Assembly (NCBI RefSeq): GCF_964204645.1
Contig: NC_134025.1
Coordinates: 20,745,101 to 20,809,100, forward strand
Reading direction: 5' to 3'
DNA: 64,000 nucleotides
Origin: Tubulanus polymorphus
Lineage: Eukaryota; Animalia; Nemertea
In this document: positions 11,639 through 24,674 of the stretch, in pieces
Layout of the letters: each line of letters starts with the position of its first letter
Numbering within the stretch: position 1 is the stretch's first letter
The notes under the pieces: model-generated
Database searches by the model: none
What the model was told of the DNA's origin: nothing
The model's input: the letters and a program-made list of their open reading frames with translations, nothing else
Translations under genes and position numbers: made by a program

Positions 11639-12814
11639 AGTTTTATTGTTAAAACTAAGTTTTATTGTTGAGTTATATTGCACTCACTCACCGACGAAAA
11701 CAAAAGCGCACCGGAAAAAATGAACTTATCCGTTTATAATCAAAAGAACTTAGAAGGACTTCGGTGTTTACTGGGCCGTAATTCATTCGTCAAAGAGTAG
11801 GCAGAAAATCGCCGTTTTATTTCTGTCGTCGGCGCTCATGTTTGTACGCGCTTGAGAAAAAACGGGCGTTATCTAAGCGGAAATATCGAACATTTCCTCC
11901 GTTACCATGGACTCGAATAAATCTCTTCTTAAGCCTACGTTTATATGAAAAGAGCCTCGTCTTTTTCGAATTCGACACTTCGCATTGGCTTAGCAGATTG
12001 TATTATACACGCTTAACATAATCGAAGAACAAATACCGCAAATGGTCTAAATGTGGACATGATCCCGCCACAAGCGATATTCTCCGGAGAACGCGCGCGT
12101 CACCGGTTTCAGCAGCGGCGTCCCCTAAACGACGCACGTGTTCGCGATAAAACTAAAACAAAGCTTGTCCCGAAGTGCAGCCAGAGAAACACGTGTGATG
12201 TTAGGAAACTTAGACTAAAATACTAAACACGATCTCTAATCTACCCGGTCCAAGATTGGATTGCAGCACGCGGGTTCTTAGTTGACTCTTGGAATTTCGA
12301 GCTCAAATTGCCGGTTGCCCAACTTCGAAACTTACATATTTGAAAAACGTGCGTATCATTCCCGGCCGCAAAAAAGAAATAATTTACATCTGAAAGCAAA
12401 TGCGGTCGTATCTAAGCCGTTTATGGAGTTTGGAGAGGTATCGACCAGAGGTTGAAAACCGCCGAGCGAAAATACTTAAGGTGTGAAAATTACCGCCGTA
12501 AAAGTGTTTGCATACAGGGAGAATCCATCTCATTTCCATCGATTTTCGGCTTAGGCAGGACAGGTGTTTCTGTTGAATTTGCCGAGGAGATGCGCCACTC
12601 ATAATGACAGTGATTATGAACGTTCCATCCATTCGCGGCGTATACACACAAAAAGGCACTCGCGGATAGTAAAGAAATAGTAACAATAAGACTAGAAAAA
12701 AAAGTTAGAAAAAAACTAGAACGATCTATTAACCATGATACGGTCATCTCGTATGTGATATTCCATCGTAGTTTTTTATTTCCCGAACCTCGAATCCTGA
12801 CAGCCAACGTTCAC

Positions 12815-13990
12815 TTGTAATTGTAATTTGTAATTCATTGTAATGCAATCTCATAAAAAAACAATCGACAAATACAATACATAACAAGAATGATAATGAG
12901 AATACCAGGGACCAAAACTATCGCCGCCAATGTCAAATAACTGAGAATTGTATTTTGGTGAACTGATAAAGTCATACGTGAACGAAAACCAGCGACAAGG
13001 ATTTTTATTGATAATAAGTGCAGAACGTTTTGAATAAGAAAAAAGATCTTAGATGTTATAATTGAATAGAACTAAAAATCAATTAGGCAAGGAGATGGCA
13101 CTTAAAAGGATATCTAAAGGAAGGAACAGACAACCTATTACAAGAATATGAGTAATTACTTAATATGAGTAGCCAAAATCTTTCGAAATATAATCACTAT
13201 ATTGTCCTTGAAGTCAATTCATTTATATGTAATACGAGAGTTTAATTGACAAAGATCCACAATACAAATCTGCAAATCTACATGCCTATATCGACACATA
13301 CATTTCATTCCATTGATCCAAACACCCGTCATCTGAACTGGTTTCAAGATATCAAGTCGAAAATGTACCCGCATTCTCAATTGTATTCTTTCGATTTCTA
13401 GCAACGAACCTTAGAATCGGTAGAGTATAAGACTTGGTGGAATACCTTTTATTCGAAGCATTGCTATAGGATTTCAATAGCCCTACATAAATAAAACGGC
13501 TGTCTTGTTTTTTCAAGTATCGAAATATTTTTGCGAACCAATCTGCAGATAGTAATCACTGATTTGATAGATTTAGCAATCTAAAATCTCTGATATACCA
13601 GATGGCCTTATCATAAACCTGATTAAATTCCGAACATGTGACCATAAGAGCTCCGTTAGAAATGGGAGATGGGACACAAGATAGACCGGGAGCAACTTGT
13701 TTGTGCCTTTTATAACAATGGTGTCGGGGATGAATATCATTATCTATTTTGATGTAATTATTTAGTACGTGTCTAATCCCTCGCTGTGATCGGGATAATC
13801 CAGCTCCTTTCACATTGAAAAGAGTCTTATGCAACTCAGAAATGGATATGACTAAAAGATTTGTGTATTTACATCCGCTTTTAGTTTTCAAGTTTCGGTT
13901 ATCAGTAATACGTGTATCAGCGTTTTTTCATCTGTGTTTATTATAAAATTCATCATGCCCTTATTGTTGAATAGATTACCAGTAATTTAC
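12815..13990 (-). mobile_element. Old decayed LINE 3' fragment
   Basis: (ATTACA)n-like tail on the minus strand at about 12816-12845 and only fragmentary ORF2-like peptides upstream; no long ORF. Confidence 0.35.
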
Positions 13991-16019
13991 CTGAGTTCAA
14001 AGGAAATAAAATGAAATGATGAAATATGAAAGCTGGACTTATGAAAGGTATTTGGGGAGCTTCTGCACTCAAGGAAAGATGATAAAACCGGTCACGCTGC
14101 TATTCTTAAAATATACTGTGGAACCGAACAGGTTTTGCTGGATACATTTTTCATACTCATCTGAACTGGCATAATTTATCATAAACCGCGTTACTTACTG
14201 TTACGTGCGCCTGATGTCGCTTATGTTAATGCAATGCTCGAGAAAGCCAGACTAATGATTAGATACGTAGTGTCGCTTGCAGCAACATTATTAAACAAAC
14301 CTAGAATTACGTATTTTCAACGACGCTAACCACGCGCATCATCAAAGAGCGTGTACCGCCTGTTATTGTTATAACCGCAACATCGTTTTATGGTTTCATA
14401 CGCGTCGCCATCCTTTATCCATGAACTATAGTCCTATTTCTAGATGCGACATTATTGCCCAGTTCAGTGTTCTATCCAATTATACCGGTAATCTATGAAT
14501 CTAAACTCTTATTTCTCACGAATGTTTTTTTTTACCGTTTATGAATTGTTTATTATTTCATATATTTAGCGTCGTTTGTCAAATTACTTCATACTGCATT
14601 ACGTACGTTTCTGGATCATAATCGAAAGGTTAACCCTCAAGAAATTTTCAGTTTATCACACACTGGCTTTTGAACTTATCTAAATATATAGTTGAATTGT
14701 CCAAAATGTTGATTTTCCCTAAATCAGTTGGTAAGACCCTCAGATCTTGCCCCTGAATCCTACCATGTCGTCGCTGGCTGTGTATAAATTCGATTATCTC
14801 GACACGTTTCTCCCTAGACGAACTTCGGTTATCGGAATTAATTCGACTATTTCTGAACTAAGTGAAACCGAACGTCAGTTAGTCGAAACTATAGTCCGAA
14901 ATAGCCGACCACGGTATTGAGCGCGGATGCTGTAATTCGTACCGGTTCCGAGATGACCGGACACTTTGAAATGCGTTACGACCGACAACGCGTTCAGTTC
15001 CAACTACTAGTCGACTAACTACGAAAAAACCGTCGTTCGTCCTAGTTGTTTGTCGCACATCAGTGAATTGATGTGGGTAGCTACCCATACCCTTTTGCGA
15101 TCTCATTTGAAATTAGCTTCCTACACAGACTTGAACGGGAATTACTGACTATTTTCCGAGTTTTCTAACACTGTGTAGACAAATTTTATGAATGGATAGA
15201 TTCAGCAGTTCATTTTGAGTCTCTGCAAATCCATGTTTTGCAATGACGGTGACTCACTGGACCAAGAATTGAAAAAATGGAAAGAAAAACAAGTATTTCA
15301 TAGATAAAATAATGACATTTCGAAGTTTAATATATTCTGATATACATGCAGTGTCCCATACATTTCATCGCATTACAGCTCTTTATCTTTATATTTATAT
15401 TTTTCATATATTGTGAATGATATATGATAATTAGTTGTAATTAGGTCACCGATAAACTCGATAAAATCTAAGAGCTTCATTGGCAGATTAATTTCTATAT
15501 ATTACTATAGCTTGTTTTTTTAACGTTTGATAGATCATTGCGAAGTTTAATAAATAAGAGAGAAATTAAAAGAATAAAATTGTCGAAATCGATCGAAATC
15601 GATTAATATTATATGATTATAATGATTTATCACAAATGCGCGTACATGTATACCAACCAAGAGCGTTCACCATTGGGTTTTGGTTTACGCTCTATGCAGA
15701 TATGGATGACTCAAAAGAGAGAACGTATCGGCACCTGTGCAGGTGGTTTCTAGTTGGACAGGATTTCAGTTGAAACAGCGCTGTTAGCTGATCGATTTTA
15801 AGTAATTCTCCATAATAAGCGCTGCGCCTGCGTTTGGACAGACTTAGGCGGTCGGTGTTTGTTCAGTTGCTTAAACCTCTCTGAACGCTAACTCAATTTC
15901 TGTTCAAGCTCCATTTATTCCGACCCTTTCATGGCTCACGGCTAAGATATCGTCTGCACGACAGCGATATCTACGGATATCTACACAACACGACTGAAAA
16001 TCCAATTTACCAATTTTTA

Positions 16020-16180
16020 CGCCATATACAACGAGAATCCCAGAATAATGATGAAAAATTGACGCCCGAAAATGTTTCCTTGAGCTGATAGTTTATTCGA
16101 CGTTTCGACTTCAGTCATCTTCAGGAATACTGAAGAATGGCAATTTTACATCTTTATTGTGGAATTCTCGTTATATTGCG
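16020..16180. repeat. Palindromic Penelope-terminus mini-element enclosing a hammerhead motif
   Basis: Arms AACGAGAATCCCAGAATAATGATGAAAAATTG and CAATTTTACATCTTTATTGTGGAATTCTCGTT. Confidence 0.75.
16094..16129 (-). ncRNA. Minimal type I hammerhead ribozyme motif with canonical core
   Basis: Minus strand TATTC-CTGAAGA-T-GAC-TGAA-GTC-GAAA-CG-TC-GAATA: 5-bp stem I, CUGANGA and GAAA core, ACGT palindrome, GUC site. Confidence 0.78.
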
Positions 16181-17106
16181 GATAAAGTGTCTTCTAAAAC
16201 GTGATTTATGACATATACGCGCATAACTTATATATTTCACCATAAATCACGTTCTTTTGATATGTATTCGAAATGAATATAAAAATTCTAATCGGGGCCC
16301 CTGTATAGCAATTGATGTTCACAGTACGTTTTTTGTTTTCTTATTTCGCTCGACAATAGTGTCTCGATTAATGATATTGAATTAAGCAATGGGTCCAATT
16401 GAAAATATTCGCTTTATAATCACGGTGAAATTGCGTTGTACGTTCGAAATGTTTAATTTGTTGTCAAATTAAACAATATTCAACAAGCGCTCGTTGAATA
16501 ATCGAGCGCGCGCTAAGTCACCATGCACCTGCACAACTTGTTCAAACACACAGTCACAATGTTGCAACAAACTCGACGTAATTAAGTATATAGTACTTGT
16601 TGCGCATTGTCCACGCAAGATAATTAAGAGAAATTTAGGTTAGAAATTTCCCAACCCGATCAATTGTCCCCGGAAAAATCGCGTATTTTATCTTCACGCG
16701 CGCGGAATCCCCGACATAGTCATTGTGCGTCGGCCGCGTCGTAATTAACATATCGGGATATAACGTCAGACGTCCCGCTATACTCGACACAAAAACCAAA
16801 ACGATCGGTACCCCCTGAGCGCGAATATTTCACCATCGACGTGCGTCTATATTGTTTATCGTATTGGTCATCGAACAATTCCTCCGACGGCTGGAATAGA
16901 CAGTTATCCGCGGGATGTTCAGTTAATTGCCACGGCGACAACTTTCGTTACACACCGCGGTCTTTCCAAAATTAATCTTCATTATGTACAAAATCGTTTA
17001 TGTGTACTGTATAAATAAATGCTCTATTGGTTCCCTTTTGCAGTACGATGGCAACAGGCATGTGACTAGAAAAATAGAATTTCATAATTTCAGATGATGT
17101 AACGGT

Positions 17107-17628
17107 CTATTTGTTTTCTTCTCCTTTTTGTCGCAATGCCTTTCTCTTCGGCCTGTTTTCCCCGTCGTTCACCGTGTCCAGTGGTCTTTTCTTCGAAGGT
17201 TTATCCGCCAGCAAGGTTTGCATGTGTTTAATGTATTTGATAGCCGCTCGGAGAGTCTCGACCTTGCTGATTCGTTTGTCTTTATTGTCGAGCGGAATGT
17301 GCTCTCTAAGACGGGCGTAGCCTTCGTTCACGCAACGGACCCGTTCACGTTCGCGCTCGTTGCGTTTACGAATAAACGCCGGTTCGACACCGTAGTCGTA
17401 GCTGCCGAACGGATGCGGAAGAGGAATTTGACAATACGGGGAAAACGGGTCACCGGCTGGCTCCATTTTCATTTGATGCGGGGCGAATCTAAACGGCGGC
17501 CCTTGAGGGTAGTACGGCGCGGGGACGATGTTCGGATCGTTTGGCTCCGACGGAATTCCCAAATCTTCACACGTAGGTGACGTGATTCTGTTGTGCAAGT
17601 CAATTCCAGTTAAATGATCGTATTCCAT
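17107..17628 (-). CDS. Achaete-scute class b (ASCL3/4/5-like) bHLH transcription factor, 173 aa, single coding exon
   Basis: EPAFIRKRNERERERVRCVNEGYARLREHIP...KRISKVETLRAAIKYIKHMQTLL is typical of the ASCb bHLH. A polypyrimidine acceptor (TTTTGTTTAG|AAAATG) ends at 17632, 3 nt before the ATG. Confidence 0.95.
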   Translation of the reverse strand: MEYDHLTGIDLHNRITSPTCEDLGIPSEPNDPNIVPAPYYPQGPPFRFAPHQMKMEPAGDPFSPYCQIPLPHPFGSYDYGVEPAFIRKRNERERERVRCVNEGYARLREHIPLDNKDKRISKVETLRAAIKYIKHMQTLLADKPSKKRPLDTVNDGENRPKRKALRQKGEENK

Positions 17629-18167
17629 TTTCTAAACAAAAAAAAAAAAACAAAATGATAAGTTATCGTCTGGAAGAAAGTCACACATTATTGAAACTCA
17701 TTATTCAGTATATATTACGAGTTTATTCCGCCGGGAACCTTCGATCAATTTGACTGGAAATACGTTTTAGATTTTCTAAAATACATCTAGTGGTGGGTCC
17801 ACGATTCCTCTGTTTTTAGGAACGCAAATACACGTAACCAAAACAGTACGGCGGTTTTTTTCTACTTTCAAGAATATATCAGACATCCTGAAATCGTGCT
17901 TTAGTCAAACTTTTCAATGGGGTGGACTCCAGACCACTAAAACGTTTGCTTATTTACTACATGATCTCTCCTGCCTCATATTTATCACCGTAATTTGTAC
18001 AGGTTTACGTCATTATCTGCGCCGGGTATCACGAGTCTTCTATTGCTTCCGTCGGAATTTTTGGTGTCAATATAGCAATAAATATATGACACTAAAAGAA
18101 TAACGATTAAAAGATTATCTGTCGGTGAGATCCATAGACACAGACACTCTTTGATTTCAGTAAAGTG

Positions 18168-18325
18168 AAAACCCACAATAAAATGAGAAAAAAACTATAA
18201 GAGAATCCTAATGTTTTGACTCAATTCTATGATTAAGAATACTAAAGGTTTTAAAAATGGTTCATAGAATTGAGTCGCAACATCAGATTCTCTTATATTT
18301 TTTTTCATTTTATTGTGGGTTTTTC
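18168..18325. repeat. Palindromic Penelope-terminus mini-element with a decayed hammerhead
   Basis: Roughly 65-bp inverted arms (AAAACCCACAATAAAATGA...GACTCAATTCTATGA and TCATAGAATTGAGTC...TCATTTTATTGTGGGTTTT). Decayed core TTAAAAA-T-GGTTCA..TGAGTC-GCAA-CA-TC, similar to the 11.6 kb copy. Confidence 0.75.
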
Positions 18326-21300
18326 GCTTAAATCATCTATTCTTTTAGATTCCCCTAATCCATTGATAGCCATGACAGGTATATTAGGTTCTGCAAAAGT
18401 GGATAGCACAAAATATCTTACGATTTGCTTTTAGTATTTCAGCCGTTGTAGATAATCATCGTATTTAAAAGAAAAGCTTGACGGTTGTCCAGATGTTTGT
18501 TGATGATTTATGATAGAGGGTATGAAATAAACGCTCGATTAATAAAAGTAAATTGTTTTCAAACGATTTTCATTTACGTTGTCGATCGAGATTGAAGTAA
18601 TAATAATCCAAATTCTGAATTTACGTGGATATCAAAATCCATACAAAACAAAAGACGGTTTTCGAAGCAACGGTATATACTCTCATTTTAACGTCTGGAC
18701 GTTTTTCTGATATTTCGCATATTGTGTTTTTCATTTCTACGGCCGGTCAACTAGTAGCAAACACATATATATATACGGCCACATGCCCGAGATAAGATCA
18801 CTTGTCGATGCAGGTGGGTGGAGCAGTTTCCAGTTTAGAACAATACCGCTAAGAGCAGCTGAAAAACTGGTTACTAAATCAATATAGCAATATTTAATCA
18901 GCTACAGGTCTCATAATTGATCTCTGTACATTGTGTTTTATATTATATATATATAAAGGAAATCATACGCGAAAATGAATGGTTCGTGTATATTGTGATG
19001 ATGTTATAGCCGACTCGGTTGAGTCGAAATCTTTTTTACGGCGACGAAAAGAAAAACAGCTTCCCATTATGTTATTTACTGTGTTGAAAAAAGCATTCAT
19101 TCGGGGAAGAAATCGTAGAAAATATGAAACTCTTTCACGGCCGTTTTTGAAACCACTTCAAAACGTAGTCGCGTTGACCGGTGTTCTATACAAGAACAAA
19201 CGGATAGAATAATTGGGGTAGATGCGAGACTGAACGAAGCCACCCGGGGCACGCAGTCGGGGGCCAAACACACGGGTTTGCTCTATGTGGCTTCAAGAGA
19301 CGCGTGGTAAACGGGCTCGCACCATCGGAGACCGGCCCCTTCACACGTGAAAGAAGAAAATTAACAATGTCGACCAGATTTAGCTTAGTGACAAAGCGAT
19401 TCGGAAATGTCATTAGCGAATTCTAATCGTCTTTTTGTAGAGTACGTAATTGCTACTTAAATGTTCAAGATGTAGCGTTGAAGACGTTCATTCAGAACAC
19501 TGCATGCCCAGCCGGCTATCCTATTCAAACTTTACGCCCAGTTTAGTCGAGTTAATGGTGCCATATTGTTGACACGCAGTCGGCCATTATGGCACGTTCG
19601 AAGTGAAATCTATGCCTCATTCTAATATAGCCTAACAGCCGAAGATGCTCTTTTCCGAATCGTCGGCGGTGCTGTCCTCTGAATGGAATATTCACGGAAT
19701 AAAATGTGTTAAAGGAACTGTCACACATTGACAATTTAAATAAATTGCAAGCGGGGCGAAATTTTCAAAAATTTCCATATGCTACTTTATTTGCTTATTT
19801 CTAGGAGTTTCTTAATCAGTGATCATTCAACAAATTCAATCTTATTAATACAGAAATATGAATTATCAAATATGTATATACAAAGCCCATGCTGGTGAGG
19901 TTTTCTTTGGTTCGAGCTTTGAGTAGTCATTTGACTCAAGTAACATTTCAAATAATTACTCCAAGGTGCGAGCCACTCTCTTTTGACCAGACGTCCGTTA
20001 ATTCTGGTTTCAAGTTATATAGAGATAACGGATGGATGCCGTACGTTTTGTTCACATGCGTCATATTGAACATTAAATGACAGTCAAAACTGTGACCAAT
20101 ACTGGCGCTTGGCGTCCAAGATGACGACGCCGTGACGAGGGACGGGTAACCTACGATAACGTATGAAAAATGTTCCAAAAGTCCTTCCAAGCATTCTGAG
20201 CAAGACCAGTAAAGCATGGTCTTAATTCCTGCTCGGAGTAATCAGACTGATTACTCCAAGGTTCCTGTGCGCGAGATAACTTAGAATTCGGTGGGCCTAA
20301 AATCTCATACAGTTCCACATATCAAAGTAATGTTTTTTAAACTGTTGTTGCTTTTTAAACTTGTAGTTCAAACTGCTTTAATTATGAAAATGTGTCTTTA
20401 TCAATTGATTTATTTCATTAATCTCTGTCGAGCACGGATTAGAATTTACAGTAATTCCTACGATTGCAACTCGTTTTAACTGTCCGTAATCCATCATCGT
20501 CAACGCTGACAACAAACATTACTCCCTCAATTATCAAAACGCCGAACTATTAATGCACCGAAGGAAATAAAGTGTCCCATTGTAACACTGTCACGGATGT
20601 TTCTATAACCTTTTCAGATCTTGAAGAAGTGGACTTACCGAGGGCCCAGTCGAAATCGAATATTTCATCGCAAACAGAAAGACCACGACTGAGCATTTCA
20701 CCTGCACGATATTCGGTTACGTGACAAAAAAACAATTCGTTCCCGCCGGGTCTGGAAGCCGACAAAGTGTACGGCGAGGCGCACGTGTGAGTGACGACGA
20801 ATTTTTTTGTTTTTCGTTTATTGTCGTAGAGTTTCGATGACCACACACTGTTACGCGTCGACACAAAAATGAAATTGAACAAGACCGGCGATTAAATATT
20901 AAGAAAATGAGGATGAATTTATCGAATATTATTTGATTTCCTATTGTGTACCGTTAAACAATCGCGTCGCGTTCTGTTTGCCGCTATTCGCGGCGAAGGC
21001 GAAAAAAATCGTTCTAATGACGAAAGGAACGGTCGCCGTTCGCCGTTCTCTCATTGAAATTTATAGTTCAGGGTCCGGTTTCATGAAAAAGTTTAAGCTT
21101 AAATCAGTTAAGTTTGAATTATTGTCCTCATTGAAAACATGAAGTAACCAATGGCGATTACACTAAAAAATTGAGTTAAACTTTTTCGTGAAACTGGATC
21201 CTGGCCAATCATTCGCTCAAATATTTTTGGGAAAAAAAGAAAAATATATTTCCTACGGTAACTAATTTTACCGGTCATTCGTCGATTAGAGCCCAAGAAA

Positions 21301-22476
21301 ATCCACAAGAGAGCGCGCACGATTCAATGGTGATTTGTCAATTTCTCATTTTCGATTAATCATATATATTATCAGCTTTGTAAGCGTAGTATCTTAAAAC
21401 ATTGCATTTCCAATTACCGAGCATAGAGGATCATCCACCTTGGTCTATAGAAACTTTTCCTTCGATCCTGAATTCAACATAGTGGATAAAGTAAAATTTG
21501 AATTTCTCAGAATACTATGGAGAGCATTGAATTTCATATTACGGGAATTCAAGTACAATAATGTTACTGTAATATTTGAATACAACACTAATTAAACATA
21601 AAATTTATCTACTTAATCCGATAATTTCTGAGCTAATTTAGATCTATATCTTTGCTTATTTTTTCGATTTAGTTAAGGTGAACTTAAGTTATTTCTTCAA
21701 AGCTTCATTTGTTTAAGTAATGAATTTCAACATTACTTAAAATGTTTCACTCAGCAACGCTGTTCAGTGTCGTAGGGAAAATTTGAAAATTATAGTAGAT
21801 TAATAGGCATTTAGATGTCAAACTGAATTTCAATTTGCGAATTAATTTACAATAGAATGAAATTTTACGAATATGTAACATAACAAAAATAAAATGGTAA
21901 ATAGTAATGGATACTTTGATAACGTTAACGATGATTTTTTTTTACCTTTTAAAGGAGCCCACTCATATTCGCAATAAAATGGAAAAAATACTTGCCCTAA
22001 AAATGCCTTAAACCAATAACCCTTAAATATATTATGGAATAATGGTTATGATTCTACGATGGTCTATTGATGGTGGGCTTCTCCGAATACCAAATAGAAA
22101 AATCTATATTGATCGAAATTTTGCAATCTAATTGCGGATCATTCCGCCAATGCATGTTCTATTAGAATTGAGAAAGAACGTACAAAAACAGAAAAGTTTC
22201 ATTCGAACTAATCTAAAATCTAATAGATGCTGATCAGGCTGAGGTTTCCAAAATACAATTTCAATCTGAATTTCAAAGTTGACACAGAAAGTACTGAGTT
22301 TCTATACGGAAAACAGGAAAATCATATCAAATGATACCAATACCAACTACTACCAACTTTTTCAGTTACATAATTCAGGATATCACTCTGGTCGAATTTC
22401 GGATGTCAGACACGGACTTGAAAGGAATGAAAACCTGGAAATCTTCGAAAATTCATAAAATAAAAATCCCTCTTAC

Positions 22477-22571
22477 CTTATTATTTATTGAATAGGATTC
22501 GACGAAAAAATTCCGTCAACGGTACTTTTTGCTCAGTGTCTCCGGGAATCTGGAAGATGGTGATCGAAAAT
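22477..22571 (-). other. Predicted non-coding first exon of the ASCb gene
   Basis: Strong donor TAAG|GTAAGA at 22477/22476, no ATG in the exon, and an Inr-like TCATTTT at its 5' end. It would splice to the acceptor at 17632. Confidence 0.55.
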
Positions 22572-22745
22572 GATTCCTGACAACGCGCGCGAGTCGTTAA
22601 ATACCGACACGACATAATACGGGCGTGGGATCACGTGACTCGAATGAGCCATAATTGTCTAGTCTCTTGTTTTCCGTTTACTCTACGACACGAGGGCGTG
22701 GCTTAGAGCGGCGAGACGACAATAATTGGCACGTGGCGAACGCGT
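22567..22745 (-). promoter_or_regulatory. Candidate ASCb core promoter and proximal motifs
   Basis: TATTTAA (22603-22597) lies 32 nt upstream of the Inr A (22571). GC boxes GGGCGTGG at 22621 and about 22694; TCACGTGA at 22631; N-box CACGAG at 22689; TGGCACGTGGC at 22727. Confidence 0.55.
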
Positions 22746-23429
22746 ATCGGGGGTTTGATTATATTTCAATAAGAGAGGTGTGCTTATTTGAATTTCTTTA
22801 TATACACGTATTATGACATGTTTCTGCGGCATGTTTGACGCTGGGAGAGTGAAAAGATGGTGCGGGCTATGTCTGTATCCAAAAACTGATAATTATACGC
22901 ACTGAAGTGTCCCCCACTTTCCAATCACTCCATCGCACGTGTGGCGTGTATAGAAAAAACCCCAATCTCGGGCCAGATTGACAGGGTTCTCAATTTGAGG
23001 TGCGGGTCCGGACAAATGAATTGCCGAATGTAGATACAGAATTTACCGTGATTTAAAAATTCGTCGTTTGCTTTTACGCATAGTAACGAAGCAGCAAAAA
23101 TTGAATTCTCTTTATTAATTTCTTTTTTTTCATAATTTTGAAAAAAAAAGATTTCATTTTCAACAGACACGGCTAAGTAAACTCATTAAACTCAGTATCG
23201 TTCTGGCGATCGAAATTGTTTTCCCCCAGTTAACATGTCTGTTTCCAGCCAACCTGTTTTTAAGGAAGAAATTGGCTGTAGTTGTAATCTTTATTAGTGA
23301 AGTACATTCTGCCCCAAAGAGGTCTGTGGATATCCAGGGGCGGATACAGGGGTCGCACCTGCGGCACGTGTGATCCCTTAGAATTAGTCAAGTGTCATTT
23401 TCAAAAAAATATATAGATGAATATTAGTA

Positions 23430-23680
23430 ATGAATTGAAATACAAAAAACCTAAATTCTAATCTCTTAATAACTGTGGAATATACAAAATACCGTGTAAA
23501 GTTTGTGCTCAAGTCTATATAGCAGAAACAGATCGTAATCTCAGCCAACGTTTGAAAGAACATGACTATTAGGTTACAGTCGAAACGTCGAATAAAACAA
23601 TTATTAGCTCAAAGGACTTCATCTTTCTCGTCTTATTCTTATTCTCTAGATATCGTCACACTGCACGGACATAGTGTTTC
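23430..23680 (+). mobile_element. Penelope-like element fragment: GIY-YIG endonuclease remnant joined to the 3' half of the hammerhead-bearing terminus
   Basis: 23468-23563 translates NNCGIYKIPCKVCAQVYIAETDRNLSQRLKEH, followed immediately by GACT..AGTC-GAAA-CG-TC-GAATA and the family tail ATCGTCACAC..CACGGACATAGTG. Confidence 0.85.
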
Positions 23681-24674
23681 ATCAATTGTTTCCAAAAACG
23701 TCTCGCTTAAAATGCCGTCCCGCTAACCACCCGCGAGGAGTCCGATGTTCGGACCGATGTCCACGTTGAAGGCGTTAAGGATCTTGTACTCGAAAAGCGC
23801 GCCAAAAATAATTTTAGAAATCCTAGAGGACATAATTAATTTTTTGAAAAATCACGTTCATATCGCTGGAAATGCTCCGCAGGGCACGACTCAATTGTCA
23901 AATATTCTTGAATGGGCCCGCTCAAGTAAATTGCTCGAAATCCTATGGAATCCTATTTTAAGCGCACGTTTATATAGAAAAAAAAAACTAGAAAAGGGCA
24001 CAATAATTGCCAAAATTACACTTAAGTAACAAATTATTATAAATAGGGAAAATAGTTTTAGGTACCGGTATTGATATTGATCAATTTCAATGATGATAGT
24101 TGTAGTAATAGTATTAGTAATGGTCATAGCAATTACAATTGAAATTTTAATGAAAACGTGAACAGATTACTAGCCATTTTCGGGCGAGGTATCAATTAAG
24201 CGATCAAATGCGACCAGCGTGAGCGCATCCTTCGCCTGAACGTCGGTGGTGTTCAATTCCATTCTCATTCGACGACCATTATCTCGATGAACGAATCTTT
24301 TGATAAAACGGCATAACACAGGCTCGTGCGCGAACACGTTTTTCGATGGAAAACCCGGTTAATGATAACTACTTATCACCATCGTTTTTATCTCTATTAT
24401 TGCAATCTGATACGGTGGATGTGATCATGATTCTGTTTTGGACATGTTTATAATTCTTAAAAAACGAGTTAACAGAAATGTAAGTAAATCCCATTTTCTT
24501 GCACAAACAAATCCCTTATTCACAGAAGTGCAATAATATATTCATAAATTAAAACGTATGACTAAGTTTCAACAAGAAATATTTACGTTCAAACGTTACA
24601 ACGGACAGTCTTTCTTTGCTACTATACATTGTATTAAGCTGAGACGAGAAGATACACAATATCCGAGATGATAA

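Noticed and set aside
17111-17580. Plus-strand ORFs of 69 and 150 aa
   Set aside because: Antisense shadows of the ASCb coding exon, with no recognisable motif.
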